DNA from: Amoebidium appalachense
Lineage: Eukaryota > Protista > Ichthyosporea
DNA: 64,000 bases
Direction: 5' to 3'
NCBI GenBank assembly: GCA_963693365.1
Contig: CAVNZM010000001.1
Coordinates: 13,502,418 to 13,566,417 of the forward strand
In this document: positions 59,874-64,000 of the stretch, one piece after another
How positions within the stretch are numbered: position 1 is the first letter of the stretch
Layout: each line of letters opens with the position of its first letter
Position numbers and translations under genes: made by a program
The notes under the pieces: generated by a model
Seen by the model: only the letters and a program-made list of their open reading frames with translations
Told to the model about the DNA's origin: nothing
Databases searched by the model: none

Positions 59874-61449
59874 TTGCCTACCATGTCTGAAACGAGCTCT
59901 CCGCTGCATGGGGATGACCCCACAGAGGCCGACATGGCAGCAGCACACAAGAAGCTCAAGGTCTGCTATGCTCAGATTCGTGATTTCCAGAAAAACTGGG
60001 ACACCTACCACCCTGATAGTTTCTCTTGGCTACACAACACCTCCATTTTATTCTACATGACATTCTTACGTTTGAGCCATCACCCAGTTCCCGAAGGAGA
60101 ACCCAACAACCACCTTCTAATTCGCGATCGTTCCTTTCAAAAACTCCTCTCTGAAATTGGCATTACCCCGGGGTCTGAGTGGAAGCCCACAGCTGAAGCT
60201 TTCACCCCGAAGTGGCTCCAGGAATTCGCCACCACCCTCCTTGATCACGGCTCACCCCCACCACCACCCCCATCCACATCAAGCTCGATAACCTCGGAGT
60301 AGTCGACCGATGGGGGGCAAACATGGACCCCACCACACCCCCTCGACGTAAGCTGAAGTTCCCGTGGCACATAGTGGAATGGACTCACGTACGAGACCAA
60401 CTCTCCCTACGGCAACCAGGCTCCGTACAGGTATCGTGGGTGAAGGGGCACCAATCCAACACCAAACGGTACGGTCAACGGAATATCGAGGCAGACAAGG
60501 CAGCCATTGCAGGAAGAGCCCTCCCCCTCCCCCCCCCCCCCCCCCCCCCCGGCCCCGGGGGGGGGGGGGGGGGGGGGGGGGGAGGGGGGGGGATACTTCC
60601 TACGACTACAAGGCCACCGTATCCCCGGCACATTCCCGGTACACTCAACCGGTTGAACAAGGACTTCCTCACCGACATGGCCGGCAAGACCAAGGCTATA
60701 GTCCATACTAGCCGACCCCACTGGCAGATTGCTCCCAGCCGAACGGAACCCCCTCAAGCTCAACAAGGCGCCCGCACAGGCAACCATCGGAACCGTCAGA
60801 GGCAACACGAAGAAGCCTGTCCCTGGCTATGGGCACCCTGCCTACCATGACACGGCTACACCGAGATCACCCCACTGTCGTTACACAGCCCACATGCCCC
60901 CGGTGCAGCCAGCGTGGCACCCGGAGACCACCACCCACAGATCTGGGCCTGCCCGGCCCATGCCGGGGAGGTCCCCACCCTGACCACGGCCATCACAGCC
61001 TGCATCCAAGACGTCCTGTACACTCGTCATCCAAACACCCCCACGGCACAGCACCAACATACGGCAGCCACGGTGGTAGACCAATGTGCATGGATAAACT
61101 GGATAGAGGCAACGGTGACCCACCAGACCCCGAAGACATCAAGTGGGTCGAACGGGGATTCTGCCCACGATCGGTGGGCCCATTACTTGCAGCCACCGGG
61201 TCCACCAAGACCACCACCCGGGCCATCTTAGAAAAAATCATAGTAGAGTTGCAGTCCTTTTTCTTTTCAAGAATTTGGCACCCACGGAACACAACACCAT
61301 CCCCCACCCACCCCAAAATGCAAAAACACCACCATACACCCACCACCCGTAGAAAGAAAAGTATGGCTCCCCAAAAACCCAAGACACACACAAATACACC
61401 CCCCACACACACCCGGCCAGCCTGTTCTGACTGCCGGAACACACATTGA
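59874..61449 (+). mobile_element. Decayed 3' part of a LINE (RNase H plus CCHC zinc knuckle)
   Basis: VSWVKGHQSN...RNIEADKAA (RNase H C-terminal motif); GTLPTMTRLH...TCPRC...ETTTH / IWACP across frameshifts; terminal IW-x-x-R motif. Confidence 0.75.
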
Positions 61450-62313
61450 CCCAGTGTGCCCTGTAAAACCCACCTTTTAGTTCACAAAAACTTTGAACAT
61501 CGCCACAACATACGTACAACAACACAATGTATAATGTTAGGCAGCAACCCCCCACCCCCACCACCACCACACCCCATCATGATGCATCCACCCGGGATAC
61601 CCACCGTAAATACTATACACAACACTTAGGACTTCCCAATACTGTAGATCGAAAAATGAGAGCCCTCGGTTAACGTTCATGGCTAGGCTTTGAATGGAGG
61701 GGAGGACTGAAGCCTCCTGCCGGCGTGGCTGGGGTAGTAGCCCTGGGCAAAGTGTGTACTCATAATTAGGTTGTGAAGGATGGTTTAGCTTAGCTGAACT
61801 CATAGATAGCACCTTAACTAGTGTACTGTCGGTGTTGTGTGGTAGACGGTAGTTTCCCTAGAGGGCCTGAAAAGGAACAATTAAAACGTGATAAAATAAA
61901 AAATAAAAAAATTCCTTGATCACGGCGACTGGGAGTCACACAAGCGCAACCCGGGCCCCTACGCACCCACACCCACCCCAACTACCACCCATGTCGACCC
62001 CACACCCACCCCCACGGACGTCACAGACGACGCAGACTCTGCCTTTGAGAGCACCCTGTTGGCTCTCCGCAACCAAGCAAAACCCGTGACAAAGACACTG
62101 ACATATACTAATCCGTCTCAGCAGATTAGCCTAAGTCTACGATCGAGATCGGGGGGGGGGGGGGGGGGGGGGAGGTGGCCCGGGTCCACAGATCATCAAG
62201 ATCAAGTCCGGGGCCTCAAGATAGCTGTACAGCTGCGTGCATCTTGCCTCTGCCGGCGCAGGGCATTGGACCACGTCAGCCGGGACAGCCGTCCAATAGA
62301 ATTCTAATTAGTG

Positions 62314-62823
62314 TGTAGGATAGATCGTAGGAGGACTTAGGAATGTGATTGTTCGGGCAGAAGCCCTTTTGTAAGGATTGGCAAGGTTTGATAGTATATG
62401 TTGCCAAACGTATTTATATATGTAGATGTAGAGGAAAGGGGGGGAGGGAGGGGGGGGAGGATAGTATGAAATGTAGATTTAGACTCTGCGGTGCCACTAG
62501 GGGGAGGGTGAGGGGTGAGACTTGGATAAATATATTAGTTGAGTAGATCGACTTAGCTCGTGCAGGCGCACGATAAAAGTAGATCGGAATGTTAATGGAA
62601 TGTGGCATCGTAGGGGGCCAGGTGACGATGATCTTAGAGGGCACGGCCTTGATGGCCTCAGTCGTAACTTAGACTCAATCCGTACAGATCTAAGTTTGCC
62701 CGTCGGAGCCTGGTCTTAATAAACTTTACCGTTTTTCTGTACACGTTCGTTCCTTTTCGTGTGGGTACACTTAGTAGAGTGCCGCGTCTCTAGTACACAT
62801 ACATTAGGATACGACAAACTACA
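62314..62823 (+). mobile_element. Possible 5' LTR of the element carrying the gag-like ORF
   Basis: TG-starting purine-rich block (tgtagga at 62314 or tgtaagga at 62370), AATAAA at 62718, CA end near 62823. No second LTR in the window and no clear tRNA PBS. Confidence 0.3.
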
Positions 62824-62965
62824 CCTTTCTTTTAGTGCGGTTTTTCGCGCTAGGGTAACGCGGTGACAGTTCCTTCTGGGCTGTTGCTACACCTCAAACA
62901 CACAGAAAAAAAAAAAAAAAAAAAAACATAAACACAACCACACGAGTTAGGGCACACACCACACA

Positions 62966-64000
62966 ATGGCTAAGTTTAACGTAGACATGTTCTACGCATT
63001 GGCAGCGGAGGATAGCTCCCTGCACACACAGGTACCACAGGTTCATACACTAGACGTTAGACAGACCACAGCTTTCAGTTTTACACTCAAACACGACTCG
63101 GAAATCCCTAGGTGGCTTAGGACACTCCTAGCTAACACACCCACACTAGTGTTAGACACAAAGAAGGCCCCCACTGTGGCGGCCTCGTGCTTAATGATCA
63201 AACAGTGCATCGACCACAAAACAATGGCCGACTTATGCACCCTGATGGAGGAGCACCCGTACCGGGCCGAGCAGGCCCCCCAGGTGACGGCTCGTATATA
63301 CGAGCAGCAGTACGACGAGGGGAGGGACGAGATGGTGTCCCGGACACTCGGCCAGAAACGTCTGGCCGCACGGTTCATCCCCGACGACGAGGACGAGAAC
63401 AGCACCGACGACGTGGACGGGGAGCTCGAGGCCTTCACACGGCCGGAAAACGAGCTCGAGTATACGGCCCGGCTCGTCGGCCGATACCTGACGGCCGACC
63501 GGCGCCGTACCTTCCGGGCCCAGCTCAGAGAATGGAAGTATACCTTTCCCACACTAGATATGTCCCCCGTAGAAGCTCGTGCATTCTTTGAGAGGGAATA
63601 TCGGGTCTTTGAGGACCTTTGTGAGTTAGCTGGTGACGTGAGTGATAGGGAGAAATTCGAGTTTGCTCGTAAGGCTCTCTCTGTAAACACAGACACTGCA
63701 CGCATGTTTGGGGAGCATGATGATGTAGATGAGGTGGTGTTGCATGTTAAACGTCACTTGCTTGCCATGCACGAGGTGAAGTTCAATAAGAGGGATAAAA
63801 AGGAGGTGATGGAAGTAGACAAGAAAAAGAAGGAGAGTGGACAGAAGGGGGAAAAAGAGAAAAAAGAGGGTGAACAGCCAGATGCACTCACCATGTTGGT
63901 CAAGCAGGTTGCCGAGCTCTCCCAGGCCGTCTTTTCTGGCCGAGGGAGCTTCGGCTTCCGGGGTGGCCGTGGCGGCGACCGGGGTGGACACGGCGGTCGT
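62966..64000 (+). CDS. Intronless gag-like ORF, open to the window edge (at least 345 codons)
   Basis: MAKFNVDMFYAL...MADLCTLMEEHPY...SDREKFEFARKAL...ALTMLVKQVAEL...GRGSFGFRGGRGGDRGGHGGR with no stop. Helical capsid-like region, then a charged linker and an RGG segment. Absent from the ORF track because it lacks a stop. Confidence 0.6.
   Translation, partial: MAKFNVDMFYALAAEDSSLHTQVPQVHTLDVRQTTAFSFTLKHDSEIPRWLRTLLANTPTLVLDTKKAPTVAASCLMIKQCIDHKTMADLCTLMEEHPYRAEQAPQVTARIYEQQYDEGRDEMVSRTLGQKRLAARFIPDDEDENSTDDVDGELEAFTRPENELEYTARLVGRYLTADRRRTFRAQLREWKYTFPTLDMSPVEARAFFEREYRVFEDLCELAGDVSDREKFEFARKALSVNTDTARMFGEHDDVDEVVLHVKRHLLAMHEVKFNKRDKKEVMEVDKKKKESGQKGEKEKKEGEQPDALTMLVKQVAELSQAVFSGRGSFGFRGGRGGDRGGHGGR

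Noticed and set aside
63043-63705. 220-aa minus-strand ORF
   Set aside because: Antisense shadow of the plus-strand gag-like ORF.

Overview
Eukaryotic genomic DNA, intron-rich and saturated with poly-G/poly-C, (GT/CA)n and (GA/CT)n tracts; the gene content suggests a unicellular opisthokont, possibly a holozoan such as an ichthyosporean (inference only). Almost all ORFs in the supplied track are low-complexity artefacts. Host genes reconstructed by hand, all on the minus strand with exon phases checked: cofilin/ADF (3 exons), calcineurin A (10 exons), an arfaptin-type BAR protein (10 exons) and an intronless secreted EGF-tyrosinase. A tRNA-Leu(CAG) lies on the plus strand. Mobile DNA: two copies of one non-LTR retrotransposon, a decayed RNase H-bearing LINE, a spliced DUF6729-like putative transposase with an inserted 3'-5' exonuclease, an OTU pseudogene, two MITE-like elements and a gag-like ORF at the right edge. 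The strongest unexplained signal is a dispersed repeat superfamily (about 20 fragments, nearly all abutting poly-C). Its three divergent full-length subfamilies conserve a ~160-nt multi-stem pseudoknotted fold through compensatory substitutions. It sits next to decayed tyrosine-recombinase-like ORF ends, so it is a candidate new structured RNA or ribozyme in the terminal repeat of a DIRS/Ngaro-like retroelement. A second notable signal is that many introns have G/GT-rich 5' ends and complementary C/CA-rich 3' ends in place of a polypyrimidine tract.
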